From the NCBI RefSeq assembly GCF_020745735.1, contig NC_083450.1, positions 10,599,883-10,663,882 of the forward strand: a stretch of 64,000 nt of DNA, in the 5' to 3' direction. Positions 1 through 13,995 of this stretch are shown one piece after another (position 1 is the stretch's first letter; every line of letters begins with the position of its first letter). A program made the translations under genes and the position numbers. The notes beneath the pieces were generated by a model, which worked only from the letters and a program-made list of their open reading frames with translations, did no database searches and was not told the DNA's origin. Source of the stretch: Hemiscyllium ocellatum. Lineage: Eukaryota.

Positions 1-394
1 ATGAATTAATTTTCTTTCATAGCTCGTAATTCTTTAATCTGAAACGACGATTTTAATGTCGCTTTTGGTTTTCAATCACCTTTATCAAAGGTCGAAAATA
101 TTTGATTTGTAGTCAGCTATGGAATAAATTTAGACTGTTCTGATGCCAAAAATCCTTATTGATTGCTAAGTTTAAAGACACATTGGGAATCTTCAAAGTT
201 AGATTGAATTAAAGAAAATTGACAAACATTTCCAATGCAATGTTTCTTTTACATTAAGCCATTCAATTGTTGGATTTATTACAGATGCCAAAATGCTTGA
301 AAAAATAACAAATCGAACGACAGAGCAACAATCATCAGCAGCGACGAATCGTTTCCATTTGACACTTTATTTGGAAAGATGATTCATTATTGAA

Positions 395-2080
395 CAGTGG
401 GTATAACGTTGTTCACTGATAATGAACTCGCCATCTGGTGAAATTGTTTCCCACTGATGTAGAGATCACAGTAGAGTATGTGAGTCCTCTGGAAACTGTC
501 CATTTAATGAAAATGGAAGTTTTTGGTATCCTAAATTGCATTAAGGTAGACTAATCTCTATGGCCAGTGCCAATCGATCCCAGGATTCCACGAGAGACAG
601 ATGAAGAAATAGTCGGGGCACATCAACAGATATCTTCACATCCTCTTTGATCACGGGCAAGATTCCAGAAAACTGCAGAATACTCAATGTTGCTCCGTTT
701 TTTAAGAAAAGAAGCAAGGCTAATTTGTAAGATTACGCCTGTGAGTTCGACAACTGTGTTGGGGAAGATCTTGTTGATGATACTTCGGGACAAAATAAAT
801 TCACATTTGTAAGAAAATGGATTAGTTTGTGATTGGCAGTCTGGATTTTTACAGGTAAGGTCATGTCTCAACAATCTGATTAAACTTTTTGAAGAGGTGA
901 CAAAGTTAATTGTTGAGGGAAGGGCAGTTGAATTAATTTATATTGACTTTAACAAGATATTTGATGAAGTCCCACATGGCAGATTAATAAAAGAAAAACT
1001 AAAATCACATGGCATTCAGTTTGGGGCTGGCTAGGTTGGTGCAAACCTGGCTTGGTCACAGAAGACAGAAGGTAGTGGTGTAAGGCTATTTTTCAGAATG
1101 GGCATTGGGGATTAATGGTGTGCACAGGGATCGATCCTAATTCTCTGTTGTTTGTAGCATATATATAAATGATCTGCGGGAAAATATGAGTGATCTGACA
1201 GCTAAAATTGCAGGCAAAACAAAGTTTGATGGAATTGCTGATAGTATGGATGACTATGAAAGGATGAAACAGGACGTAGATAGACTGGCAACTAGGGCAC
1301 AACAATGGCACATGAAGGTTAATCCATACAAATGCAAGGTGATGGATTTTAGCGGATCAAACTTAGGCATGAACTTTACTGTAAATGGCAGAATCCTTAG
1401 GAACATTAACATAGAGACGAACCTAGGCATGCAGGCTCGCAGTTCCCTAAAAGTGGTAACACAGGAAGCATGCTTGCCCTCATCGGTCGGGGAATGGGGT
1501 AAACCATGATGCAACTATGCAAACCCCTTGTTAGGCCACATTTGGAGTACTGGGTGTAATTTTGGTTGCCGTACTACCAGAAGGTTATGTGAACTTTGGA
1601 GATAGTGCAGAGCATGTTCACTAAGCAGAACATTGGCTGTGAGGAAAGGTTAAAAAGACTAGGATTGTTTTCATTGGAAAGATGGCGGCTGAGAGGAGAC
1701 TTGATAGAGACCCATATCGACAAAGACATAGATAGGGTGGATAGTCAGAGGCTTTTTCCCTTGTTTGAAATTTCAATGACAAGGGTGCACAGGTTCAAGC
1801 TGAAAGGGGGAGAGGTTAAAGGAAACGGGCAAGAGAAGTTTTTCATGCAGATAATGGTAGCAGCTTGGAACGCATTGCCAGAAGAGCTGGTGGAAGCAGG
1901 CACACTGGTGACAGTGAAGAAATATTTGCATAGATACATGAATAGGCATGAAATAAAGGGATTTGAGCTGAGTAAGGACAGAAGGTTTGTTTCTTGATTT
2001 AGTTATGACACGATGACCAACACAGTCTTGCTGGGTCAGCGGGCTTATTTCTATGCTGTCCCTCTCTTTGTTCTTGTTCT
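395..2080 (+). mobile_element. Decayed CR1 LINE, ORF2 (RT) 3' portion with 3' tail
   Basis: Frameshifted CR1 ORF2 peptides (GILNCIKVD, GRSCLNNLIKLF, FSLERWRLRGDLIE) followed by the typical CR1 3' end. Confidence 0.9.
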
Positions 2081-3680
2081 TCAGCTTCCATTATGTAAGT
2101 TGCTGTTCTGAATGGAGCTTCGACTTCTCTTACAATCAGTCTTATCACACACTGGCTGGACAAAAAAACGAATAAAAAAAATCGATGAAATGTTTCTTCA
2201 ATTATTGCTGAAAAAAAGTTCGTTCATGGCATGGGAATGAGTATAAACATGAGAAAAACTTTTTTGGTTTTGAATGACAGACCCATCATCAGCAAAGTTC
2301 AAATGAGCATAAATTGTGATGGAAGAAACCAGAATACCTTGTAATCTTGAAATATATGAGATGAATTTGAGAATAAGGCACGGGAGACTTCTGAGTTAAA
2401 CAGTAGTTTTATCAGTATATTCCCATAATCATTATCCTCAGCATAGTAAAAGAAATGAAGGCTTTTTCAGATCTTTAATACCCTGTGCGTGACATATCTA
2501 AACTTCATGACCCCATGTTAAGATTTTCTCACCTGGTAGATACAACAGAGTAAACACTGTTTTCTTTGCACTTAACAATTTATTTTGAACAAATTAATCA
2601 TCTCAATTATAGTATGCTGCTGTCTTCTATTCACCATTATCTAATCGTAAAAATCTGTTTTTGGACTGAAAACATTACAATTTTCTCGTCAATCTATAGA
2701 AATCAATTTTGTCATTATATATATCTAACGCTAAATATTCAGATAAGCATTTCAGCTGCTAACATTTCTATTAAAATGACAAACAGCGGCGTTTGATATC
2801 ATTGACAAACAAACATTAGTTGATTGCGATACCATGATTATTTTCTGCATTCTCTCTGTAAGTATTGAAGACTTTTACTCATCAAAAAACAACCTCGCTC
2901 TGCCTTAAATGCAATCTATGACTTGGACTACAAAAAAATCTGAACCAACGAGCTCCACAGATTTACATCTGCCTGGCTGAAGAAATATTCAGTTATAAAG
3001 CATCTGCCTCAGGATGTGAACTCTGGTCTCTCCTGCTTGTGGAGTCATCACATTCACTCTATCCTGGCCTGTCACAATGCTGCGAGTTTCAATCAGATCC
3101 AGACTAATGCTCCTAACTTCCATTGAGTACGAAACTAGAAATGCTGGTCACATGGTAAGACCTTCATCCCCAGGATCATTATCATGTCCTACCTCTGGAC
3201 ACCTTCCAATGATCGAGAAACTATTGTTCGATGCAGTGCCCAAAACAACTCAGCATTTCCAAATCCTGCTTGACTAAAGCCTTATACATACATCTCTGAC
3301 CTTGTATTCTAGCCCTCTTGAAATGAATGCCCAAAGTGCATATGCTATCCGAATCTCAAATGTTAGCCACATGCGAATCTTGACTTCGGACTCCCAAGTA
3401 CCTTTCATTTCAGATTTCCCCTTTTAGGAAGTAGTGTATGCCTCTGTTATTTCTATTAAAATGCAGAATCTCACACGTTGACACATTGTAGTCCATCTGA
3501 CAAATATTTGCCCACTTGTCTAGTATGTCCAAGTTCTCTCCTATTCCTTAATATCCCTTCATATTTGAGTCAACTGGAAAAGTAGCACAAATGCCCACAA
3601 TTCCTTCATTCAGATCGTTGATGTATCGTATGAATAGTGTGGTCGCAACATGTATCCTGCTGCTGAAAAATACTAGTAAC

Positions 3681-3893
3681 CAGAAACAAAAACTTAAGTT
3701 GCTGGAAAAACCTAGCAGGTCTGGCAGCCTTTGTAAACGGAAATGAGAATTGATGTTTCCAACCTAATGAATATTCCTCAAAACAGTTCTGAGGGAGAGT
3801 CACCAGACCCAAAGGTTAACTGTCATTTCTCTTTCCAGAGGCTATTAGACTTCCTGATGTTTACCAGTGACATTAGGTTTTTTTTTGTTTCTG
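3681..3893. repeat. Foldback (palindromic) Penelope-associated terminal repeat
   Basis: Imperfect inverted arms (cagaaacaaaaac...gttttttttgtttctg) centred near 3783. Related half-elements occur at about 9255-9360. Confidence 0.7.
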
Positions 3894-4299
3894 TTTTACA
3901 GTATCTGCATTTCTTCTTTTTTAAAAGATATTATTAACGCCCCGCATCATCTTTGCCTTCTGCCAGTCAACCAAAACTTTATTTATGTCAATACCTCTCT
4001 CCCAACACCACAGACCAATCTTAATTAGCAGCGACCACGTTGGAACTTGTAAAAAGATCTTCTTGAAATCCAAACGAATCACACTCTTTCTTTCCTAACT
4101 TTCTCATTACCTCCACAAGGAATTCAAACAATTTGACAGTTATAAACTCTACTTCATGGAGCCATACTGGGTCTGTCCTGTTTTGCAATGCCCTTCCATG
4201 TACTATGCAAGCTCAACTTTGGTAATCGATTCTTAATTCTTAACAACGGCCGAGGTAAGTCTGGAGGCCCTCCTATTTCCTCTCTTGAAGGGAGCAGCC

Positions 4300-6655
4300 A
4301 ATGTAGGACTTACAGTTTTGTCCTTAAATGCAAGCAGTATACCAAATAAGATAAATGATCCTGCAGTGTAGTTTGAAACTGGCAGGGACAATGATGGGGC
4401 AGCAGTATTGCCTTTTTAGTAAGAAATAAAAACAAATTAAAATCAAGTCTTGCTCTAGAGTTGGTGATGTAGAATCTATGTGGGTATATTTGAACACTGC
4501 AAAGGAGAGAAAGATCCGTTTGGGAGTTATGTATAGGGCGCCTAGCAGCAGTCATGGAGTGGGAAAGAAAATAATTCTGAACTTAGGAAAGGCTTGCAAG
4601 AAAGGCACTAGGAAAATAACCAAGGGAGATTTCAATTTAGTGGTGGATGGCAAAACTCAGGTTGATCATTGATGTTAAGAAAGTGGATTTGTGAAATGTC
4701 GAGGACTGTTTTTGAAGTGACTTGAGCCCACTAGAGAACAGGCAATTTTGGATTTGGTGATATGCAACGAGGCAGATTGCATTAGGTAGTTGTAATTAAT
4801 GAATCGCTAGGGGCACTGACTGCAAGACCATAGAATGCAACCTGCAGTTTGGGCAGGAGAAGGTTAAATCGGATGTAACAGTATTATAGTTAACTAAATG
4901 TAAGTAAAAAGATATAAAGGAGGACATGGTCAGCTGTGATTGGAAAGGAAACCTACAAACAGAAAGGAAACAAGCCACCAGGATACATGAACACCCACTA
5001 GCCACAAAGTCGCACGACCCTTTCTCACTGGTGTCCTTAGAGATGGAAGAGGAAGGACACCGCTTCGACTGGACAACACATCCATCCTAGGACAAACCAA
5101 ACAAAGACACGCATGAAAATTCCTAGAAGCATGGCATTCCAACTGGAACTCTATCAACAAACGTATCGAGTTAGACCACATCTACCAACCACTGAGAAAA
5201 AGGACCAGGAAGTGACATCACTACAGAAACAAACATAACCACAGAAAATGACATCACCAACCCAAAGAAACCCAAACATATAAATAGAAAACAGGAATTT
5301 TCAGAAATGCTTCGCCTGAGGCCCACGGGAGATGTTATCGTGTAAAGTGGCAGAAAAGTTCATAAGAGATAGAATTTATATTCCAGAGAGGAATAATTTT
5401 ATTAGAAATAGTCAAGACGATTTTGCGAAGGGTAGGTCGTGCTTCACAAAACTTTTTGAGTTCTTTGAGATGGTGAACATACAGGTGGATAAGGGTAAAG
5501 TGACTGATGTGTGTATATTGATTTCTGTAAGGCGTTTGATAAGGTTTACCATGGTAAGCTATCACAAAAATATGAGAAATCGGATTGAGGGCAATTTAAT
5601 GGTTTGGATAGGAAATTAGCTTGCTGAAAGATGGTTGATGGGAAATATTCATCCTGGAGTTCAGTTATGAGTGGTGTGTCGTAAAGATCTGTTTTGGGTC
5701 CACTGCCATTTCACATTTTTATAAGTGAGCTGGATGGGGGTGTAGAAAGATTGGTTACTAAATTTGCGGATGACACTGACGTCGGTGGAGTTGTGGATAG
5801 CGCTGATGGATGTTGCAGGTTACAGAGGAACATAAGGTAGCTGCAGAGCTGGGCTGAGAGGTGGCAATTGGAGTTTAATGTGTAAAACTGTGAGGTTATT
5901 CACATTGAAAGAAGTAGCAGGAATAAAAATTGCTGGGTTAATCGTAAGATTCTTGGTAGTGTAGGTGAACAGACAGATCTCAATGTCCATGTACATAGAT
6001 CCCTGAAGGTTGCCATTCGGTTGGTATGTTTGTTAAGTAGGCATACAGTGGATAACTTTTAATGGTAGAGTGATTGAGGTTCAGAGCCACGAGGTCATGC
6101 TGCAGCAGTCCTTAACTCTAGTGTGGCTGCATTTTTGGGAAAGCATACAGATCTAGCATTACAGAAAGTGTGTGGAAGCTATGGAAATGATTCAGAGGAG
6201 GTTTGCTAGGATACTGCCTCGCATGGAGGGACGGTCTTATGAGGAAACGCGGCGAACATGAGGCTATTTTCATTCAAGAGAAGAAGGATGAGAGGTGACT
6301 TCATTGACAGAAAATATAATCGGAGGGTTGGATGGGATGGACATTGAGAACATTTTTTTCTCGAATGGTGATTACCAGCATGATTGGACATAGCTTCAAA
6401 TTGAGGAGAGATTGATATGGGACAGTCGTTTGAGTTAGTATCTTTACTCAGGGAGTAGTTGGGCGTGGAATGCTCCGCCTGCAAAAGTAGAAGACTTGCC
6501 AAGTTTAAGGGCATTTAAATGGTCATTGGATAAACATATGGATGAAAATGGAATAGTGTCGGACTGATAGGCTTCAGATTGGTTCCACTGGTTGGCGCAA
6601 CATCGAGGGCCAAATCGCCTGTATTGCATTAGAAGTTTCTATATTCTATGTTCTA
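4300..6655 (+). mobile_element. Decayed CR1 LINE (endonuclease to 3' tail), interrupted by a Penelope fragment
   Basis: APE-region peptide RLGVMYRAP..KGDFN, RT peptide KGRSCFTKLFEFFE, and 3' tail ttctatattctatgttcta. Confidence 0.9.
4960..5340 (+). mobile_element. Penelope-like element 3' end (GIY-YIG endonuclease C-terminus) nested in CR1
   Basis: Translates to RIHEHPLATKSHDPFSLVS..EGHRFDW..ILGQ..FLEAWHS-like peptides. CR1 sequence resumes on both sides. Confidence 0.75.
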
Positions 6656-6761
6656 CGAATATGTATTGATGTGTAACGTGAAATTTAGTTTGCGACAGGG
6701 ATTTCGTCTTGTGACAGACAGAAATTGGGAGAAGAGAAAGTCCTTCATGACAAAAGAAATA

Positions 6762-7002
6762 CTGCCTGTATGGAGTTTCCACATTCTCCCCGTGTCTGCG
6801 TGGGTTTCCTCTGCGTGCTCCGGTTTGCTCCCACAATCCAAAGATGTGCAAGTCAGATGAATTAGCCATGCTAAATTGCCCATAGTGTTCGGTGAATTAG
6901 TCAGAGGGAAACGGGTCTGGGTGGGTTACTCTTTGGAAGGTCAATGTGGACTGATGGATCCGGAAGGGCCTGTTTCTGCACTGTAGGGAATCTAATCTAA
7001 TC
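6762..7002 (+). mobile_element. 5'-truncated HE1/V-SINE-type SINE
   Basis: Core ggagtttccacattctccccgtgtctgcgtgggtttcc and (ctaat)n tail. Homologous to the full copies at 45826 and 54019. Confidence 0.9.
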
Positions 7003-7019
7003 ACACTGATAATTGTTTA

Positions 7020-9149
7020 CCACAGGTGAAAAAAGAAGGCCAAGCGGTTGCAAATGAAGTGAAAAGGCCTCAGGTGATTCCACTGTGGCAAGATGGGACT
7101 TGTAAAGTCACAGTACTCGTCGTTGAAGAAAGGCACTGTTGGAAAAGATGGATAAGGGAGCCTAAGCCAGTGGGATTAGTTGATATAATCAAGGAAACCC
7201 TCAGAAAAGTTGAGGAGGTTCAGGACAGTGCACAGCCTGAGCAGGGTCTGGGTATTGAGTTAGTATCTGATCTGTATAATCCCTTCATGTCTGATGGAAA
7301 AGTTTAGTCAGGAAGAACGGTGGAGAAGGGAAAGAATTTTCTGCAATTGTAACAGTAAATAAGTTGTATTAATTCACCGTGATGCACTTTTGAACTGGAG
7401 TGAACCAGCCACATTCCAAAGACTCATGAATCAAATTGTGGCCAGATTAATAAATTGTGCAGTTTATCTGGATGAAGCAGTGATTTTTAGTGAATCATTA
7501 AAATACCAAATGGTATAGTTGTCAGAGCTCAATGAGTAATAACGAGGAGTAAAACTGGTAATAAATTTGAAGAAAACAGAATTCGCAAAGGCAGAGGTGA
7601 CGTTCTTGGGACATAACATCGGATATGGAAGGATGATCTCAAAGAATGCGAAGATGTTCCTTCGAGGATTTTCCACGAGCATCCTCCAAGAAACAGGTGC
7701 TTGGAGTTTTGGGACTAAGCAGATTCTATTAGGAAGTTTTTGCAAACTTCAGCGTTAACAGATTTATTAAAGAACACTGTTTTCCGGTTAACAGAACAAT
7801 GCCAGGAGCATTTGATAATCTAAAAGTCTTACTAACCATTTTTAGCTACTCTCAAGTCACTTTTATATCTTAACACCAGACTGAAGTTTAGCAGAGTCGT
7901 TGCTTCACTGGCTGACTTAGTGAGGAAGTGCAGGACATATCAGTTGAGTGCAGGCCGTGAAAAAGCATTTCACAACCTGGATGCTGTGTTAATCACTCAA
8001 CTAATGTTCGGCACTCCTAATTGCGCTGTTCCATTCAAGGCGGATATCTAAGCATGTGATGTGGGTGTCGATACTGTGCTATTGCATGAAGATGACGAGA
8101 AGAAAGTAATACCTATTGGGTATTTTCCAAGAAAATTAAATAGTCATCAACAGAATATCCAATGATTGAGAACGAAACCTTGAGCTTGATATTGGCATTG
8201 CAATATTTCAACATTTATGATGCCAGCAATGTGCCTGTGACAATTATATGAACTGATTATAATCCAATAAAGGTATGGAGAACTTTACGGATAAAAGTTC
8301 CAGACGGTTGAGATGCAGCTTATTCTTGTAGCCATTGAATTTAAAAATATATATATGCAGCAGTATATGAAGACTTATTTGCCGATGTATTGTCATGACT
8401 CTGACAAACCAAACTGGAGGCAATCAGCGGTGGCAGTAAATGGAATGAAATAGATTTTCGTAGTGATTACTTGTTAAGAGTCATAGTAATGCAAAGTGCA
8501 CGAATAGAGTAAGAAAAAAGGTTTTTAAAATGAAGCCATCTTTGTATATTAACGATTCATTCTTTTTTAGATGCAGAGACATGCTGATACTATGAACATA
8601 AGAAATTATTTTGTGCTTTTTTGTATACTTATTGGAAGGCAGAGATGCAGAGAAAACCGCCAGAACCACAAGGGTAGACAACTTAGGAGTCCATTTAATA
8701 ACAGCCTGAATGAGTGTGGTCAACTCTCACAAATCCAGATTTCTGTATTTTTGTTTTTCAATAGCTTAAGCAGATATTTGGATCTCAAAAGAGTAGGAAG
8801 TTTCAGTGAGCGTTTCAGAGATGCCACCATCTCTGAATTTCTCTCTTTGGATTGGAGAACTGCATGTGAATATCTGTGTCTGAATTCCCTTTTACCACAT
8901 TGAAACAGTTAATTAGCATGATCTTTTCTTTGGTTATGTATTCCATAGTTAATTTATTCTAATTCTCATTCTTTTATTGGTATTTTAACTAATGTGTTTG
9001 AATAAAATGTGTTTTGCTTGACGTCAAATTTGTTGACCATTCATAGAACATTTGGAAAATTGTGCTTTACGCCTAGCCTGAAATAGGGAAAGTTAGTGTC
9101 TAGGCTACCTTCTTGAAATATTCTTGAAATGTTCTGGTCCATAAAACAT
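7020..9149 (+). mobile_element. Decayed Gypsy-type LTR retrotransposon remnant (gag/pro fragment, RT-RNase H, 3' LTR-like region)
   Basis: KPVGLV..YNPFMSDGKV (gag/pro), TFQRLMNQIV..AVYLDE and EFAKAEVTFLGH (RT), IGYFPRKLN..TDYNP..ADVLS (RNase H). Terminal motif gctaccttcttgaaat..tctggtccataa is shared with the 32043 end. Confidence 0.8.
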
Positions 9150-10869
9150 GTCAACAATTTTTCATTAGCTTTGTGGGATTCTTTCTGAATTAATTACCTT
9201 TATGAATGCGGCGATTGGTCAGATGCCTTCCACGTGAACAACATCGATTGAAATTCAGAAACAAAAGTGGAGGTTACCTGAAAAGCTCAGCAGATCTGAC
9301 AGCATGTGTGAAGCGAAATCAAAGTTAATGTTCTGGGTTAGGTGACACTTCCTTAGATGTGATGGTTTCCAGGCAAATGTCAGTTCATATGCAGAAAGTG
9401 GGGGTTAGGAGTAAACAGGATAGACCCCAATCAGAGAGAAAAGTTCGACAGCCAAATGACTCGATAACAATCAGGCTGAGAGAATAAATAGTTGTTAATC
9501 AGCACTGTTAACGGTTAACAATATGCAGTTGAGAACTGTTTGATGATATGGACTGTTGTGTCTGTGTGATAGGGACCTGGACATGGGGGCGTTTCAGTTC
9601 TAAAATTATTCAAGTCCGGAGGTCTTCAACCTGCCCTGTCTACTTACCTTCGTCACCTCTTAAATAAAACTCAAAAGAATGTCTCAGGAGTTACCTGATA
9701 TGCGTCAATGCTGGCTTTCCCTGATTGTTTGCAACATTTTGATATGTTCACCTACGTCATCCTTGATAATAGACTCCAACATTTTCCTCAACACAGTTGT
9801 AATACTGAGTCGTATGTAATTCTCCAATGTTCCTCTTTTACACATAGTAGGAAGAGGAATTGGCATGTGCAATTTCCAATCCGGTGGTAGGAGCCCATAA
9901 TAAATCTAACTCCGGACCAAGAACTTGGAGTCAATCTGGTGGAGGAAGGGTTGCAAAACTGCACAAAGTTTTATATTATTAGGGAGTGCATGTGTGTCAA
10001 GGTTTAATGACATTGATGGCGAGCATAATGTGGATGCAATGAAATGAGAGTGATTCTGTTGTTGAGTGAACATGTGAGAGAGGTAGATATGAGGGTGTGA
10101 AGCAGGACAATTATGTGATGAAAATTGCTTGAGTATGTGTATGTGTATGTACATCTGTGTGTTTGGACGACATGCATGGCCTAGAATGCACGATTGTACT
10201 TGGATGTTAGACACTGTTCTCTCGCCTGCAGTGTTGTGAACCTTAGGTTAAACCAGAAAAAGTCTTCTATCTTTGCCATATATGTTTGTGGATAACAATG
10301 TCATTGTATGTGGCTAGGACGGTGCATGTTTTTGTGTGTGTTTGTGTGTTTGTGTGAGAGAGAGATCGTCTGTGAATACTGCAAGTGACAGGGCAAACAC
10401 AAACCCAGTTCCGCCCAAAGAAAATTACCTGAAAAATAAGCGGGTGGAAGAGGAAGTCTTAATAAACTTGCTTCTCATATCATCGTTGAATGAATCCTGC
10501 AACAGCCAACTCAAAATTATCAAACACCAGATGTGAAAACAAAATCAGTTTTGGGAAAGAAAACAAGCGTTGCCCAGTGTAGGCCATATGCAATTCCACG
10601 GTGACCAGAAATGGTCCTGTCGTGTTCATTGTTATGCTGTCAGTCGTTATTAATGCTTGCTTTTTTTCTTTTGTTATGTACGGCCTAAAGAAAGCAGGGC
10701 CCCTTTTGTATTGTTCGCTGGGCAAAACATTTCAACCTTTTGTTCATTCATTCATTCATTTATCAGTGTAAAGGGATCAAAGGTGAACGGATTTCAGATT
10801 GTGTTAAACAATGAATTGTGATTTGGTAAAAGTGTAATGTTCCTATAGCCCTATTAGGCAAAGATAGAA

Positions 10870-11030
10870 GGTTTCTTTGTGGTTTGAACTGAGGCGAGAG
10901 AAAGGTTGAGAAGAGGAAACCATCATGGTAACTTCAGCCAGTGTGTGAATGGAACGCACTCTGTTGGAATTATTGTCCGGTGTAAAGCAGCCATCAAGCC
11001 ACTAACTAAATGAGACTAATGAAATTAGAA
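10870..11030 (-). mobile_element. Degenerate tRNA-headed SINE fragment
   Basis: Reverse complement resembles a tRNA-like head followed by gaagttaccatga..cttctcaacc. A related 3' piece lies at about 10220-10260. Confidence 0.5.
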
Positions 11031-11503
11031 AGCGGCTCTGTTAGGCAAGTCTGGAGCATGATGTGCAACTTTATATTGCTTGCCAAAGGGACAAAGTACC
11101 TGCCTTACCGTGTTTGTCAAATTGATTGTTGGATAGGACTACAGCATGCAAAACTGTGCTATGAAACTGCAGTCACTTGAATGGACCCATCTTACTTTTG
11201 AGTGAGAAGAATGAGATGAGATCTCACTTAAACATGCACAATTCATAAGAAACAAATCATGACCATGCTAGGCGAATGTTTCCTCAGATGGGGAAACAAA
11301 GACAAAGAGTCATTATCCCAGAAAAGTAAAACATCAAAACCTGAGACGGGGCATATTTGTTTAGCTTGGACTTTGAGGATTAATGGGATTCTGCACATCA
11401 GAGGGTAGGAATCCTTAACGATTTAAGTATATGTCAAGGATCTTTCAGTTGGCTGTACAAAGTGAATTATCAGAATATTGATCGTGCTTTTCTTTAAAGT
11501 AGG

Positions 11504-12890
11504 TAAAAACAATGACAGCAGATACTGGAAACCCGATTCTTGATGAGTGGTGCTGGAGAAGCACAGCAGTTCAGGCAGCATCCGAGGAGCAAAATCCCTT
11601 CATCAGGAATACCTGATTTGAAGTATCTGATTGTATAACAGGCAACGCTAAAGTAATCGCGTTCCTACCCTTTAGAAATAGGGTATGCTAAAGTATACCC
11701 ATTCCTACCCTTTAGAATTTTTTTTGTGTTTTTCCTACTGGAGAGGGCTTTGGTCAAAGAAGGTGTTTGAAAATCAGCTTGTGAATGTTTAAAAAAACAG
11801 TCATTGTTAAGTAATCTGTTTCAACAGAGTAAGAACAGCTTCTTCTTGGCTCTTATCACACCTGTGAATGCCCCTCGCATACATTAAATTTGATTATTTT
11901 CTGCAGCTTCTCTGTAGCTGTAGCATTAAAGTCTGCATTCTGTTCTATCAGCGCGGAGTAATTATGTAGGGAGTGATTTGTAAATGTCTCCAGTGCAGAT
12001 AATAATGTTTTTAATGGTGGCTTGGCATATGTGATATTAATAAATCAATGGGTAGAGTACATGAGCATTTCATGAGGAGCCCTTATCATAAATAAAACTA
12101 GTTTCACAACCTGGTGAAGCAACGAAACAAGACTACTTGCATCTCATTAACTTAAGTGCAAGCAATACGCTCAATTTAATTAACAGATCAGATCCAAGTT
12201 TTACAGTCTTACCACAATCAGTTGTGAAAGTTGGTCACTAATTAGACTAACAAATCTTCAATGACTTTGAGCTCAGCGTATCATTGCAAAGTAGAAGCAT
12301 TGAGTATTCAGAACAATATTCTGTTGGAAATGCTGCGTGGATAATCCACCTCTGTAGCCTCCAACCGTTGTCAGCATTACAGATGCCAGTCTTCACTCAA
12401 TTTCATTTATATCAAGCGGTATCCTTAATGGTTCAAGGAATTGGATACTGAAAAATACTTTGGGCTCCTAACGCAAGTAGTAATGAAGGCCTGTGGTTCA
12501 GGTATTGCTTCATACCTTGCCAAGCTGTTCAAGTAGAGATACAACACTGGCATCCTCCTGACAATGGCGAAAGTTGGTCAGGTATATTATTTTCTCAAAA
12601 ACCAGGGCAAATCCAACATGGCCATTTGTTGCACATCAATCTATTTTCGATCATAGTTAAGTAATGGAAGATGTTGAATAGTGCAGGAAAGCAGCAACTC
12701 TTCAGTCATAAAGTGTTCACTGACAACAAACTTGCATTCTAGCAGGGCCAGAAATCTGATTCCTGATGAAGGGCTCTGGCCCGAAAAGTCGAATTTCCTG
12801 TTCCTTGGATGCTGCCTAACCTGCTGTGCTTTAACCAGCAACACATTTTCAGCTCTGATCTCCAGCATCTGCAGACCTCACTTTTTACTT
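11504..12890. repeat. Two oppositely oriented Penelope-associated terminal-repeat fragments (about 11504-11610 and 12755-12890)
   Basis: gctggagaagcacagcagttcaggcagcatccgaggagc..ttcatcaggaat versus attcctgatgaaggg..ggatgctgcc..cctgctgtgct. Similar pieces occur at about 24385, 37101, 37475 and 61944. Confidence 0.65.
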
Positions 12891-13009
12891 CTAGCAGGGC
12901 CACTCAACACCTGACCTCATATCAGGATTCAGTGAAGCTTCGCCAAAAAATAGCCATTATCAAGAAGGAGGCAAAGCTGATTGTTGTCGACGTAAAGACC
13001 GAATTTGAC

Positions 13010-13995
13010 GAAGAACGATGAACAATACAGGACGAGAGCAGCCCATTCGGTCCTCCAAGCCTGTGTCAAAACAACTTTGCCTTCAGTACGAAAGCTGTCT
13101 TTACTTACAGGATACATTTCCATTTGTACACTTCCTCTTCATGATTTTGCCAAGGCTCTTCTTAAATGTTGTTGTTGGATCCTCTTCTACCACCTCCTCT
13201 GTCGGTGCGTTCGACACATTCACCGCCCTTACCGTGAAAAAAGTCTATCTTCAATTCCTACCCGCCCCCGCTCCTTGAAGGTGTGTTCTCTGGTAGCCCT
13301 GCACACTGCGAAAAAGTCTTGTGATTTGCATTGTATCCATGTAATTCGCAAACTGAGAAAATTCTACCAGATTATCCTTCATACTTCTGTCTTCCAATGA
13401 AAAGAAAATCAATCTACCCAACCGTACTTCATCGCTAAAATCCCACCCCACACGTCATGGTAATTTTTCTCTGTACCCTCTCCAATCCATCCAGGCACTT
13501 TTTGTTGTGTAGTAACAAAAAATGGATGCAATATTCCAAGTGTGGCTTAACTGAAGTCCTATAAAATTGCAGCATAACTTGTTTATCCTTATACTCAATT
13601 CCCTTTCCAATTAAACAGGCATGCCAGAGACCTCTTCCATAACCTCATCGACTACTGACACCCTTTGTGGCCTGTGGAAGTACACAATCAGAACCGTTTG
13701 CATATCAAAACTCGTCAGGGTACCGTCATTCAAGGCATAATTTCCAACTGTACTGATCTGCCAAAGTGTATCACCTCACCTTTGTACGGATTAAACGGCA
13801 ACTGCCACGTTCCTGCCCTTGCTTCCAACTGATCCATACCCTGTTGCATCCCCTGACAGTCCTTCCGATTATCCACACACTCATCAATTTTTCTAACGTC
13901 CACAAACTTACTCATTTGACCTGGCAAGTTTTCCTTCAAATCATGTACCAAGACCACGAACAGCAGAGGGATAAATGCAGAATCCATTATTGTCG
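13010..13995 (-). mobile_element. Decayed CR1 LINE 3' end
   Basis: Minus-strand peptides FVDVRKIDECVD..WQLPFNPYKGEVIHFG and LIFFSLEDRSMKDNL. Confidence 0.85.

Noticed and set aside
400-535. Minus-strand frame with ITIM-like LTYSTV, phase-compatible with a possible SVYSVV mini-exon at about 2533-2570
   Set aside because: The plus strand here is CR1 ORF2, so the motif is antisense LINE noise. The 2533-2570 segment has no linked upstream exons.
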